64,000 bases of DNA from Actinomycetota bacterium (GCA_036795215.1 DAIRFC010000004.1:4822-68821), one strand, 5' to 3'; shown: positions 41,115 to 50,480, counted from the stretch's first letter. Notes: generated by a model not told the origin, from the letters alone. Numbers and translations: made by a program.

Positions 41115-43873
41115 AATACGACGCGCTCGTCGTGGGTGGCGGCATCGGGGGCATGGAGTCGGCCCTCAAGCTTGGCGACATGGGTTACAAGGTCCTCTTG
41201 ATCGAGAGAGAGGCCAGTGTCGGTGGCAAGATGGTGCTTCTCAGCAAGGTGTTCCCCACCCTTGATTGCGCGAGCTGTATCTCTACGCCCAAGATGGGGG
41301 CCACCATCCATCATCCCAACATCACTGTGCTCACGTATGCCGAAGTGGAGAGCATCCGGCGCGGCGAGAGCGGGGATTTCGACGTCCGGGTGAGACAGAA
41401 GTCTCGGTTCGTGGATGAAGCGGCCTGCACAGGGTGCCGTCTATGCGAGGTGGTCTGCAATGTCGCGGTGCCCGATGACTTCGACGGTGGGCTGATCGCC
41501 CGGCGGGCTGCCTACATCCCTTTCCCACAGGCGGTGCCCAAGAAGGCGGTCATCGAGCGGGAGGGGACGTCCCCGTGCACCGCGGCGTGTCCCGCCGGGA
41601 TCAAGCCGCACGGCTACATCGCCCTCATCCGCAGTGGCGAATACGAGAAGGCGTTCCAGCTGGTATGCGAGGCGACTCCCATGGTGGCCAGTCTGGGGCG
41701 GGCCTGCTACGCCCCGTGTGAATCCGAATGCACTCGGGGCCGCCTCGAAGGTCCCGTGCCTATCCGGAGACTGAAGCGTTTCATCGCCGACGTGCACCAC
41801 GCCAAGGAAAGTGAAGCGGTCGAAGCGCCTGCACGCAACGGCAAGAAGGTCGCCATAGTCGGTGCGGGCCCTGCGGGTCTTACGGCTGCCTGGCAGCTCG
41901 CGCGCCGCGGATATCAGGTGAAGGTCTTCGAGGAGGCGGCTCGTCCTGGTGGGATGCTGAGCCTGGCTCTGCCGGCCTTCCGGTTGCCGGACGAGGCCGT
42001 TGACCAGGATGTTTCCAACGTGACGGCTCTGGGAGTGGAGATCGAGACCGGTTCGCGAGTGGACGATCTGGAAGCGCTCGCGCAGGCGGGCTATGACGCG
42101 GTGTTGTTGGCCACGGGCACGCACCGCAGCGCAGAACTGCACATGCCGGGCGAGGAGCTGCCTGGGGTATTGAAGGCCCTGGAGTTTCTGCGGGCGGCTA
42201 GGACGGGACAAGAGATCGATTTGCGTGGCAAGACGGTGGCCGTCGTGGGTGGCGGGAATGTGGCTATCGACGCGGCTCGTGTCGCGTTGCGCTTGGGCGC
42301 CGCCGGCGTGCAGGTGGTCTACCGCCGAACGCGTGACGAGATGCCCGCCAACGCCTGGGAGATAGAGGAAGCCGAGCAAGAGGGAGTGGAGTTCCTCTAC
42401 TTGGCGGCGCCGGTGGCCTGTACGGGCCAAGCCGGCGTCGAGTCGTTGGTCTGTCAGCCGATGGAGCTCGGCGAGCCTGACGAGAGTGGCCGTCGCAAGC
42501 CTATCCCCACCGACTCGGCTCCCCTTGAGGTCAGGGCCGAGAACAATGCGGCCTCTGGTGGGGTGGCCGCCGATCTGCAGGAAGCCCTCGGTGAGCGCCC
42601 AAAGGGGCTCGTGGTCATAGTGGCCGCGGGTCTTCGCCCGGATGCGGACGCCTTTGGGCTGCCGCTGAACAACGATGGCACGATCCAGGTAGACCCCATC
42701 ACCCTGCAGACGAGCATCCCGCACGTTTTCGCAGCGGGCGACGTGGTGGATGGTCCTTCGTCCATCACCGAGGCGGCCGGCAAAGGCCGGCGGGCAGCCT
42801 TAATGATCGACAAGTGGCTCCGGGGCGAGCCTCTGGATGCCGCAGGACTGGACGATGTGCTGCCGGTGGTGGACAAGGACGCGGTGTTGGCCAGGCAGGC
42901 CTCCTACACCGTCATAGAGCCTTGGCCCAACGGTATGGCCTCGTCCGGAGGTCCGCTGGATTTCAGCGAAGTCGAACCGCCCATGACCGAGGAAGAGGCG
43001 CTGCAGGGCGTGAGCCGCTGCCTGGATTGCGGGGTCTGTTCTGAGTGTGGAGCATGTGTGGCCGTGTGTCCGGCCGATTGCATCCATCTCGACATGGCCG
43101 GCTATGAGATGCAGGCCGAGGTCGGGACGGTCATCCTTGCCACGGGCTTCGAGCTCTTTGCTGCCGACGCCAAGCCTCAGTACGGGTATGGGCGCTACAA
43201 GAACGTCATCGGCGGCATGCAGATGGACCGTCTGCTTGCTCCCACCCGGCCCTACAACGCCGTGGTACGCCCCGGCGACGGCAGGATCCCCGACAACATC
43301 GCCTACATCCTCTGCACGGGGTCGCGCGACGATACCGTGGGCAATCCCCTATGCTCCAAGATCTGCTGCATGTATTCCATCAAGCAGAACCAGTTGATCA
43401 TGGGGACTCTGCCGCTGGCCGACGTCACTGTGTACTACATGGATATCCGGTCGGTCGGCAAGGGCTACGACGAGTTCTACGAGCAGGCCAAGGACATGGG
43501 CGCCAACTTCGTGCGGGGGAGGATCTCTGAGATCACTGAGACTCCAGAGGGCAATCTGATCCTTTCATACGAGGACATCGAGAACGGTGGGGGTCTGGTC
43601 CAGACCGAGCACGATCTGGTGGTGCTGGCCGTGGGCGTTCAACCGAGCGCTGAACTCGAGCGTATGTTCCCCGACGGCGGGCCCTCGCTCGACGAGCACT
43701 TCTATGTGGGCGAGGTCAACGAAGACCTCGATCCCGGTCGCACCGACATGCCCGGCGTCTTCGTGGCGGGCGCTGCCGCGGGAGCCAAGGACATCCCCGA
43801 CTCGATACTCCATGCCGGCGCCGCTGTCGCTCAGGCGGCCGCCTACCTCGAGAAAGCGAAGGTGACGGCGTGA
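41111..43873 (+). CDS. hdrA: HdrA-like FAD/Fe-S oxidoreductase with inserted GltD/NfnB-like NAD(P)H-binding module
   Basis: N-terminal HdrA FAD domain (VVGGGIGGMESAL). 4Fe-4S motifs. Central glutamate-synthase-small-subunit-like block (KKVAIVGAGPAGLTAAWQL ... second GGGNVAIDAAR Rossmann). C-terminal HdrA half with the CCMYS motif and ferredoxin domains. Confidence 0.75.
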   Translation: MKYDALVVGGGIGGMESALKLGDMGYKVLLIEREASVGGKMVLLSKVFPTLDCASCISTPKMGATIHHPNITVLTYAEVESIRRGESGDFDVRVRQKSRFVDEAACTGCRLCEVVCNVAVPDDFDGGLIARRAAYIPFPQAVPKKAVIEREGTSPCTAACPAGIKPHGYIALIRSGEYEKAFQLVCEATPMVASLGRACYAPCESECTRGRLEGPVPIRRLKRFIADVHHAKESEAVEAPARNGKKVAIVGAGPAGLTAAWQLARRGYQVKVFEEAARPGGMLSLALPAFRLPDEAVDQDVSNVTALGVEIETGSRVDDLEALAQAGYDAVLLATGTHRSAELHMPGEELPGVLKALEFLRAARTGQEIDLRGKTVAVVGGGNVAIDAARVALRLGAAGVQVVYRRTRDEMPANAWEIEEAEQEGVEFLYLAAPVACTGQAGVESLVCQPMELGEPDESGRRKPIPTDSAPLEVRAENNAASGGVAADLQEALGERPKGLVVIVAAGLRPDADAFGLPLNNDGTIQVDPITLQTSIPHVFAAGDVVDGPSSITEAAGKGRRAALMIDKWLRGEPLDAAGLDDVLPVVDKDAVLARQASYTVIEPWPNGMASSGGPLDFSEVEPPMTEEEALQGVSRCLDCGVCSECGACVAVCPADCIHLDMAGYEMQAEVGTVILATGFELFAADAKPQYGYGRYKNVIGGMQMDRLLAPTRPYNAVVRPGDGRIPDNIAYILCTGSRDDTVGNPLCSKICCMYSIKQNQLIMGTLPLADVTVYYMDIRSVGKGYDEFYEQAKDMGANFVRGRISEITETPEGNLILSYEDIENGGGLVQTEHDLVVLAVGVQPSAELERMFPDGGPSLDEHFYVGEVNEDLDPGRTDMPGVFVAGAAAGAKDIPDSILHAGAAVAQAAAYLEKAKVTA

Positions 43874-45696
43874 GCGGGCGAAGGATCGGTGTCTACGTGT
43901 GCGGCTGCGGCGGCAACATATCCGACTACGTCTCCATTGACGACGTGGTGACGGCCGTCAAAGACGAGCCCGACGTGGTCGTGGCCCGCACCGCCATGTT
44001 CACCTGCTCCGACACGACTCAACAAGAGATCATCCAGGACATCGAGGAGCAACAGCTCGACGGCATAGTGGTCGCTTCGTGCTCGCCGAAGCTGCATACC
44101 TTCACTTTCCGCGAGATGTCAAAACGCGCCGGACTGAATCCTTACGAGTACACGCAGGTGAACATCCGCGAGCAGTGCTCGTGGACCCACACCGACGACA
44201 CGGCGGGCGCCACCGAGAAGGCCGCCCGTTTGGTCCGGGCCGGCATAGCACGCACCCGGCTCACAGAGCCTCTGGAGCCCATCGTCGTGGAGACGGTGCC
44301 CAAAGCGGTGGTCATCGGGGGCGGCATCGCCGGTCTGCGGGCGGCACTGGGGTTGGCCGAGATAGGTATCGCAGTGTTCGTGGTGGAGAAAGAGCCCGAG
44401 CTGGGCGGCTGGGTGGGCGGATTCGGCGAGATGTATCCCCATGGCAAGAACGGCCGCGAGTTAGTGGCCGGGCTTGTGGACCAGGTCCGGGGGCGCTCTG
44501 ACATCACCATCTTCACGGATTCAGAGGTGGTCGGCAAGTCGGGGAGCTTCGGCAACTACGAGGTCGCCATCAGGGTGAACGGTGCTTCTGCCGAGACCCT
44601 CACCGTGCAGGCCGGCTCCATCGTCGTTGCGACGGGATTCGACTCATATGCGCCCGAGCCCGGCGAGTTCGGCTACGGCCTCGAGGGCGTGGTGACGCTG
44701 CCTGAGTTCAAACGTCTGCTGGACGCATCCGAAGGACCTCTGGAATACGCCGGCAGGCCGGTCAGGAGCATTGTGTACATATACTGCGTGGGGAGCCGGC
44801 AGTCCGAGGGCAACGAGTATTGCTCGCGGTACTGCTGCACCGCGGCGGTCCACGCGTCACTGCAGGCGACCGGGCTGGCGACCGGCGTGCAGTCGGCCGG
44901 TGCACCGGGCGCCGGTTCACGTGGCGCCGCCGAACACGGCGCTGCTCCCATACGCCAGTACCACCTCTACCGCGACATGCGCTCCTATGGCAAATATGAG
45001 CTCCTCTACAACGAGTCGCGGCAGAAGGGCGCCATGTATCTGCGCTTCCCCGACGACGAGCCTCCGGTGGTCACCCCGGCGGACGGCACGGCCACTGTCG
45101 CGGAGCAGGAGACCGGATACCGTCTGACGGTCACATCGAAGGATCTGCTCACGGGCGGAGCCGAACTGGCCATCCCCGCCGACCTGGTTGTGCTGGTCAC
45201 CGGTATGGTGCCGCGCGAGAACGGCGATCTGATCGGGACTCTCAAGCTGCCTGTGGGCAACGATGGTTTCTTCAACGAGATCCATCCCAAGTTACGGCCC
45301 GTCGAAACCGTGGTGGACGGCGTGTTCATCTGCGGCGCCTGCCAGAGCCCCAAGAATTCAGCGGAGGCGGTCGCGTCCGGTCTGGCGGCCGTCACGCAGA
45401 GTGCCGCCATCCTCAAGCGTGGATACGCCGAGCTCGACCCGCTCATCGCCGTGGTCGACACCGATGCGTGCGAGTGGTGCGGGCTGTGTTTAGAGGCCTG
45501 TCCGTACGGCGCTCCCCGGGATGCCGAGGAGGACGGCAAGGGGGTGGCCGTCATCGACCGGGCGGCCTGCAAAGGCTGCGGTGGCTGCGTCCCGGTCTGC
45601 CCCAAGAACGCCATAGATCTGCTTGGCTATACCGACGCGCAGATGCGGGCCATGATCGACGGTCTACTCCAGGAGCTGACACCATGCCAGACGTGA
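43870..45696 (+). CDS. hdrA: HdrA/QmoB-like heterodisulfide-reductase subunit A homologue
   Basis: N-terminal Cys-rich domain (IGVYVCGCGGNISDY..). FAD domain VVIGGGIAGLRAAL. C-terminal two 4Fe-4S motifs (CEWCGLCLEACP, CKGCGGCVPVCP). ATGA overlap with the upstream gene. Confidence 0.75.
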   Translation: MSGRRIGVYVCGCGGNISDYVSIDDVVTAVKDEPDVVVARTAMFTCSDTTQQEIIQDIEEQQLDGIVVASCSPKLHTFTFREMSKRAGLNPYEYTQVNIREQCSWTHTDDTAGATEKAARLVRAGIARTRLTEPLEPIVVETVPKAVVIGGGIAGLRAALGLAEIGIAVFVVEKEPELGGWVGGFGEMYPHGKNGRELVAGLVDQVRGRSDITIFTDSEVVGKSGSFGNYEVAIRVNGASAETLTVQAGSIVVATGFDSYAPEPGEFGYGLEGVVTLPEFKRLLDASEGPLEYAGRPVRSIVYIYCVGSRQSEGNEYCSRYCCTAAVHASLQATGLATGVQSAGAPGAGSRGAAEHGAAPIRQYHLYRDMRSYGKYELLYNESRQKGAMYLRFPDDEPPVVTPADGTATVAEQETGYRLTVTSKDLLTGGAELAIPADLVVLVTGMVPRENGDLIGTLKLPVGNDGFFNEIHPKLRPVETVVDGVFICGACQSPKNSAEAVASGLAAVTQSAAILKRGYAELDPLIAVVDTDACEWCGLCLEACPYGAPRDAEEDGKGVAVIDRAACKGCGGCVPVCPKNAIDLLGYTDAQMRAMIDGLLQELTPCQT

Positions 45697-45968
45697 GCCA
45701 GGCCGCCGGCCGGGCCGCGGAGCGTCCCGCCGGCCGGGACCTACGGGAAGTCATCCGCGATGAACATCTCATGCGCCGCCGCATCCTGGAAGTGCTTGGA
45801 GAGGGGCCCCTGACCATCCCCGAGATCGCCGAAGCCCTGGAGAGGCCTTCGCATGAGGTCCTCCTGTGGGTCATGGGAATGCGCAAATACGGTCACGTCG
45901 CCGAGATCAAAGAAGCCACCGACGAGGGCTTCTACCAGTACCAGGCCGTGAAGAGGGAGGAGGCATGA
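45684..45968 (+). CDS. small winged-helix-like protein (hyp between hdrA and hdrC)
   Basis: 94 aa. ..RRRILEVLGEGPLTIPEIAEALERPSHEVLLWVMGMRKYGHV.. resembles a wHTH. Overlaps both neighbours. GGAG RBS. Confidence 0.5.
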   Translation: MPDVSQAAGRAAERPAGRDLREVIRDEHLMRRRILEVLGEGPLTIPEIAEALERPSHEVLLWVMGMRKYGHVAEIKEATDEGFYQYQAVKREEA

Positions 45969-46288
45969 ACGCTCCAGCAGACGGCGTCATCCTCGTCAGG
46001 CCGGGACTTGCGGCCGAGGTGGGGACGCACGACGAGTTCGATGCCTCTGCCTGCATGAACTGTGGAGTCTGCACCGCCGTGTGCCCCATGGGTATCGAGA
46101 TATTGCCTCGCAGGCTGTTCCGCTATGTGCTCTTGGGCATGGAGGAGCAGGTGTTCGACGAGACCGAGAGCATCTACTCGTGCCTCCTCTGCAAGATGTG
46201 TGAGGTCAACTGCCCCGTGGGCGTGCATATCGCCGAGAACGTGCGGGCGCTGCGCCATCACATCAATCGCAAGGTCTTCGGGCTTTAG
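45965..46288 (+). CDS. hdrC: HdrC-like 4Fe-4S subunit
   Basis: Two ferredoxin-type motifs (CMNCGVCTAVCP, CLLCKMCEVNCP) in about 107 aa. ATGA overlap with the upstream gene. Confidence 0.7.
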   Translation: MNAPADGVILVRPGLAAEVGTHDEFDASACMNCGVCTAVCPMGIEILPRRLFRYVLLGMEEQVFDETESIYSCLLCKMCEVNCPVGVHIAENVRALRHHINRKVFGL

Positions 46289-46298
46289 GAGACAGGCC

Positions 46299-47309
46299 AT
46301 GTCTTTACCAACAGGCGACGTCATCGGCATCCTGGCGGACAATCTCCGTCTGCGTAGGTCGGTGTTGCCTATATCGGGCCGCAATGCCACTCGCTGGGCC
46401 CGCGGGCTCGATCTGAAGAGCGGTGGCGAGACCGTCCTCTACACGGGCATGATGTACCAGCTCATCCCCTATATCGAAGGCCTCGTGAACGCCGTGTCGA
46501 GGTTAGGCGACTCGCCCCTGGCCCGATTCACCCCTCTTGGCCGCAGGATCAACCGGCTGGTGAACATCAGTGCCTTCATGGTCCGGCCGCCTGCCCGAGT
46601 GAAGGCGGAATACGATCAGGTCCCCAGGGATGTGGCCCGGCTGCTGCAACAGGCCGGCGTGGAGTTCGGCTATCTCTACAAAGACGATCTGTACTCGGGG
46701 GCGCTCGCCTACGATCTGGGCGCCGATGAGGTCGTGACCGAGCATGCGCGCAGAGTCCATGAGGTGCTCAAGAGACGCGGCGTCAAGACGCTCATCACCA
46801 TAGACCCACATACCACCAACATGATGCGCTCGGTGTATCCCAGACTGATCCCCGAATACGACATCCAGGTTAAAAGCTATCTGGAAGTCCTTGTCGAGAG
46901 GGGATTCGGGGCCGCGGACGGGGCCGCGGGGCAGGCGGTCACCGCGGGGCAGGCGGTCGCGACTGGCAAGAAGCTCGCAGGCGAGGTCGTCATCCACGAC
47001 CCGTGCGTCTTCGCCCGTTACGAGGGCATCTTGGACGAACCACGAGTGCTTCTTGCCGCTACCGGGCTGATGGTCAGAGAGCCGGAAAAGTCAGGCAAGA
47101 TGACCTGGTGTTGCGGCGGACCGGTCGAAGCGCTCTACCCCGAGAAGGCCCGAGCCAACGCCGAGAAACGGGCGGGGCAGCTCACAAACGTGTGCAGCGA
47201 CGTGGTCACCATGTGTCCCATGTGTTTCGTCAACCTGAGCACGGCCGCTCCTGAGGGCGTCGCCTTTCACGATATCTCCCACTACTTGGCCCGCGCGTTC
47301 GTATCCTGA
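46299..47309 (+). CDS. hdrB: HdrB/HdrD-like CCG-domain subunit
   Basis: Two cysteine-rich CCG domains, including KMTWCCGGP and C-terminal CPMCFVN. GGAGA RBS. Confidence 0.7.
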   Translation: MSLPTGDVIGILADNLRLRRSVLPISGRNATRWARGLDLKSGGETVLYTGMMYQLIPYIEGLVNAVSRLGDSPLARFTPLGRRINRLVNISAFMVRPPARVKAEYDQVPRDVARLLQQAGVEFGYLYKDDLYSGALAYDLGADEVVTEHARRVHEVLKRRGVKTLITIDPHTTNMMRSVYPRLIPEYDIQVKSYLEVLVERGFGAADGAAGQAVTAGQAVATGKKLAGEVVIHDPCVFARYEGILDEPRVLLAATGLMVREPEKSGKMTWCCGGPVEALYPEKARANAEKRAGQLTNVCSDVVTMCPMCFVNLSTAAPEGVAFHDISHYLARAFVS

Positions 47310-47334
47310 TCCGCGTTTTCAGAGGAGAAGCAGA

Positions 47335-47814
47335 GTGGACACCACCAAGAAGACCATCATCGTATTCAGCGGCGATCTGGACAAAGCCATGGCTGCTTTC
47401 ATCATCGCCAACGGCTCGGCGGCGATGGGCGACCAGGTCACTATGTTCTTCACCTTCTGGGGGCTCAGCGTGATCCGGAAGCCCAGCAAGGTCAAGACCG
47501 CGGGCAAGACCTTTCTACAGACCATGTTCGGCAAGATGATGCCTCGCGGTACGGCAAGGCTGGGTCTCTCCAAGATGAACTTCGCCGGCATGGGCGCTCC
47601 CCTCATGAAGAAGGCCATGAAGGCCAAGAATGTCATGACTTTGGATGAGCTCATAGCCAGCGCGCGTGAGGAAGGGGTGAGGCTCGTGGCATGCACCATG
47701 TCCATGGACGTGCTCGGTTTCACCAAAGAAGAGCTACTGGACGACATCGAGTACGGGGGCGTCGGCTCCTACCTAGGCCACGCCGACGAGGCGAACGTCA
47801 ACCTCTTCATCTAG
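47335..47814 (+). CDS. dsrE: DsrE/DsrF (YchN-like) family sulfur-relay protein
   Basis: DsrE-fold pattern (IIVFSGDLDKAMAAFIIANGSAAMG..VTMFFTFWGL..VACTMSMDV). GTG start with AGGAG RBS. Last gene of the operon. Confidence 0.7.
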   Translation: MDTTKKTIIVFSGDLDKAMAAFIIANGSAAMGDQVTMFFTFWGLSVIRKPSKVKTAGKTFLQTMFGKMMPRGTARLGLSKMNFAGMGAPLMKKAMKAKNVMTLDELIASAREEGVRLVACTMSMDVLGFTKEELLDDIEYGGVGSYLGHADEANVNLFI

Positions 47815-48326
47815 GGGTTGTCGGCTCGCGCTTTCGCGGCGGCTTTCGCGGCGTGGTCGGCCAACCTCTGCATGGCCGAGGCTCTGGCCGCGAGAGATGC
47901 GGCCGCCATTTCCAGCGCCTCGATACCCGCCTGCGTGATCACGTAGACCCGTCGGCTGGGACCCGCCTCGGGGGTCTGCCATGTGGAGCTGACCAATCCC
48001 TGCTCTTCGAGTTCGCGGAGCAGACGATACATGCTCCCCGGGTCGATGCACACCAGGTCTGAGGCAAGCCCGCCTATCTGCTCGACCAGGTCATACCCAT
48101 GGGTCGTCGTCTCTGCCAGCGAGGCCAGTATGGAGGTCTCGAGCACGGCGCGCCGGTAACGGCCTCCACCGGCGCCACCACCCGGTCCGCCGCCCGCAGC
48201 GCGTCTCGTGCCCCCGAAGAAGCCCGGACCTGTGTCTGGACCTGTGCCGGCTCCCCCGGCCTGTCCCGCTGCCGCTCCGGCGCCTCTTCGGCCTCTGCCC
48301 TGGGGATTCCCGCTGCTCTTACCCAT
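47811..48326 (-). CDS. PadR-family transcriptional regulator with Gly/Arg-rich N-terminal extension
   Basis: PadR wHTH (..ILASLAETTTHGYDLVEQIG..MYRLLRELEEQGLV..RVYVITQAG). About 60-aa G/R-rich low-complexity N-terminus. Its stop shares the CTAG tetranucleotide with the dsrE stop. Confidence 0.7.
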   Translation of the reverse strand: MGKSSGNPQGRGRRGAGAAAGQAGGAGTGPDTGPGFFGGTRRAAGGGPGGGAGGGRYRRAVLETSILASLAETTTHGYDLVEQIGGLASDLVCIDPGSMYRLLRELEEQGLVSSTWQTPEAGPSRRVYVITQAGIEALEMAAASLAARASAMQRLADHAAKAAAKARADNP

Positions 48327-48714
48327 GGTCGCTCTCGACCTCGTCTCTCGTCACTCGCCCCAGCATGAAGTCATCGATCGCCTTGTGGAGGGCGGTCGCG
48401 GCGTGATTGGAGCAGTGCTGTTTTGGCTCAGGCAGACCACCGAGAGCGACCATGATGTCAATGTCGTCGAGCATAGAGGCCTCCTCCATCGTCATGCCGG
48501 TCGCCAGCTCGCTCATCATGCTGCAGGTGGCGATGGCAGCCGGGCAGCCGAACACCTTGTACTTCACCTCCGCCAGCAGATCGCCTTCAACTCGGATCCA
48601 GACCTTGAAGTAGTCTCCGCATTCGGGGTCGCCCACTGTTCCCACGCCGTCGGGGTTCTCGATCTCCCCGACGTTGCGTGGGTTCAGGAAGTGCTCGACG
48701 CTCAGTGGTCGCAC
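48319..48714 (-). CDS. IscU/NifU-N-like Fe-S cluster scaffold protein
   Basis: ..HFLNPRNVGEIENPDGVGTVGDPECGDYFKV..GCPAAIATCSMMSEL.. is the ISCU signature with its three Cys. Start uncertain (GTG 48714 proposed). Confidence 0.65.
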   Translation of the reverse strand: MRPLSVEHFLNPRNVGEIENPDGVGTVGDPECGDYFKVWIRVEGDLLAEVKYKVFGCPAAIATCSMMSELATGMTMEEASMLDDIDIMVALGGLPEPKQHCSNHAATALHKAIDDFMLGRVTRDEVESDHG

Positions 48715-49985
48715 ACGTTGTCCCCGGTCACAAGCGTCCCACTCAGGTACTGCCGCACCACCGCCTCGGGCTCTGCCGAGGGAGCTCCGATGATGACGCT
48801 GACTCCTTGTTCTGTGAACAACTGCTGAGCCCGTGAACCCATGCCACCGGCGATGATGAAACCGGCTCCCTTGTCGGCCAACCATGCGGGCAGCAGACCG
48901 GGCTCGTGTTCCGGGGCCGGGATGGTGGTCTTGTTCAGGATCTGCTTCGACTGTGGGTCGACGTCCACAAGCGTGAATTCTTGGCAGTGGCCGAAGTGGG
49001 CGCACAGGACGCCGTCACTCGTGGGCACGGCGAACCGCTGCACGGCGTCGATGTCCGCGGCCGGAGACGCTCCTGCGGCCGCCGCTGCGGAGCAAGACGC
49101 CGTCGCTGCGGGGCAGGATGCCGCTCCGGGGCAGGATGCCGCCACCGCGTCGTCGGCGGGCTCGTCCTCGAGTGCGAGGATGAACGGCAAGGCCTTCGCG
49201 AACTCCTGAGCCGCCGGGCTCTTGGAGTAGTGGTATATGTACGGACGGCCGGAGTCACCCGCTTCAACGATCGCGGGGTCGAGGGGGACGCTGGCCAACA
49301 GCGGCACTCCGGCCTTGGCTGCCATATCGGCGCCGCCGCCCTTGCTGAAGACGTTCGTCACCTCACCGCACTTCGGGCAGACGAACCCGGCCATGTTCTC
49401 GATCACGCCCAGCACCCTGAGGTCCAGAAGGGAACAGAAACTGATGGACCGTCGGACATTGTTGAGGGCCGTCTGCTGCGGGGTGGTCACGATGATCGCG
49501 CCGGCCATCTTGCCGATGGCCTGGCAGACCGCCAGTGGCTCGTCGCCCGTGCCGGGCGGCGAGTCGATGATCAGGTAGTCGAGTTCGCCCCATTCGACCT
49601 CGCCCAGGAACTGCTCGATAGCGACCGCCTTCATAGGGCCGCGCCACACGACGGCGGCGTCCTCTTCGCCGAGCAGAAAGGCGATGGACATCACCTTGAG
49701 GTTCTCGCCCACTTCCACGGGATGAAGCGTCTCTCCTTCGATCGTGACGGGCGAGCCGTTCAGGCCGAGCAGTTGGGGGACCGTGGGCCCGTGTAGATCG
49801 ACATCGAGAAGACCCACGCGCTTGCCCTCGAGGGCAAGCGAGGTGGCCAGATTGACCGAGACGGTGCTCTTGCCAACACCGCCCTTGCCCGATAGGACTA
49901 TGATCTTATGCTTGATCTGGCTCATCTTCTCCCGCACCGCGGGCGCCCGATCGTTGCCTTGCTGTGATTGGTGCGCGCAATCCAT
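48702..49985 (-). CDS. Mrp/NBP35 (ApbC) P-loop ATPase fused to C-terminal NifX/NifB-like cofactor-binding domain
   Basis: Deviant Walker A SGKGGVGKST and CPxC-like CPKC motif of Mrp/NBP35. Ala/Ser/Cys-rich linker. C-terminal domain ..VLCAHFGHCQEFTLVDVD..GFIIAGGMGSRAQQLF.. of the dinitrogenase FeMo-cofactor-binding (NifX/NafY) family. Start chosen at ATG 49985 (AGAGG RBS); alternatives are GTG 50030 and ATG 49925. Confidence 0.75.
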   Translation of the reverse strand: MDCAHQSQQGNDRAPAVREKMSQIKHKIIVLSGKGGVGKSTVSVNLATSLALEGKRVGLLDVDLHGPTVPQLLGLNGSPVTIEGETLHPVEVGENLKVMSIAFLLGEEDAAVVWRGPMKAVAIEQFLGEVEWGELDYLIIDSPPGTGDEPLAVCQAIGKMAGAIIVTTPQQTALNNVRRSISFCSLLDLRVLGVIENMAGFVCPKCGEVTNVFSKGGGADMAAKAGVPLLASVPLDPAIVEAGDSGRPYIYHYSKSPAAQEFAKALPFILALEDEPADDAVAASCPGAASCPAATASCSAAAAAGASPAADIDAVQRFAVPTSDGVLCAHFGHCQEFTLVDVDPQSKQILNKTTIPAPEHEPGLLPAWLADKGAGFIIAGGMGSRAQQLFTEQGVSVIIGAPSAEPEAVVRQYLSGTLVTGDNVCDH

Positions 49986-50237
49986 GCTTATGCCTCTGCT
50001 TTCTTTAACATCTCGTCGAGTCTTTGCCACATGTCTCGTATCTGATCGGCGGCCTGACTGCCGCCGTACTCCACAGGAGCTCGTGTGCGGCGCACAGGTA
50101 CAGAGCCACCCGGGCCGTCAACGAGCGCGAGGTCGAGCCCCGATCACGGGGGCCAGAGCCGAAGCCTCGTTCCTCATCGGAGTGACGAGTTTACCCGAGT
50201 TCTCGCTGCCGATGTACACGCCTCGCACCTACGACCC

Positions 50238-50480
50238 TCATAGTCCCTCGAGCTCTCTGATTCGCTGCTCGATAGTCTCCAGCACCGACTTCAACCGTTC
50301 GGATTCGCTCTTGAGAAGGGCGACCTCCTCGTCGGGTCCAAGGATGTTGTCGGGTCCCGGCGGTTCATGTGTGGCCGGTGCCCCTTCGGCGACGCAGATA
50401 CGGTCACAGCAGCCGTAGCCGCCCCCCGTCTTGCACCCACACTTGGCACCGAGTGGGCCGGTCACATCTCCTTTGGGCAT
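50238..50480 (-). CDS. DUF5320 family protein
   Basis: MPKGDVTGPLG..CGC..GGGYGCC N-terminus and a C-terminal coiled coil (LKSESERLKSVLETIEQRIRELEGL), as in DUF5320. ATG 50480 with GGAG RBS. Confidence 0.7.
   Translation of the reverse strand: MPKGDVTGPLGAKCGCKTGGGYGCCDRICVAEGAPATHEPPGPDNILGPDEEVALLKSESERLKSVLETIEQRIRELEGL

Noticed and set aside
49744-50418. 224-aa + strand ORF in the Mrp / DUF5320 region
   Set aside because: Ser/Arg/Pro-rich low-complexity translation opposite two supported - strand genes. The roughly 200-bp gap at 50031-50237 is more likely 5' UTR/regulatory.
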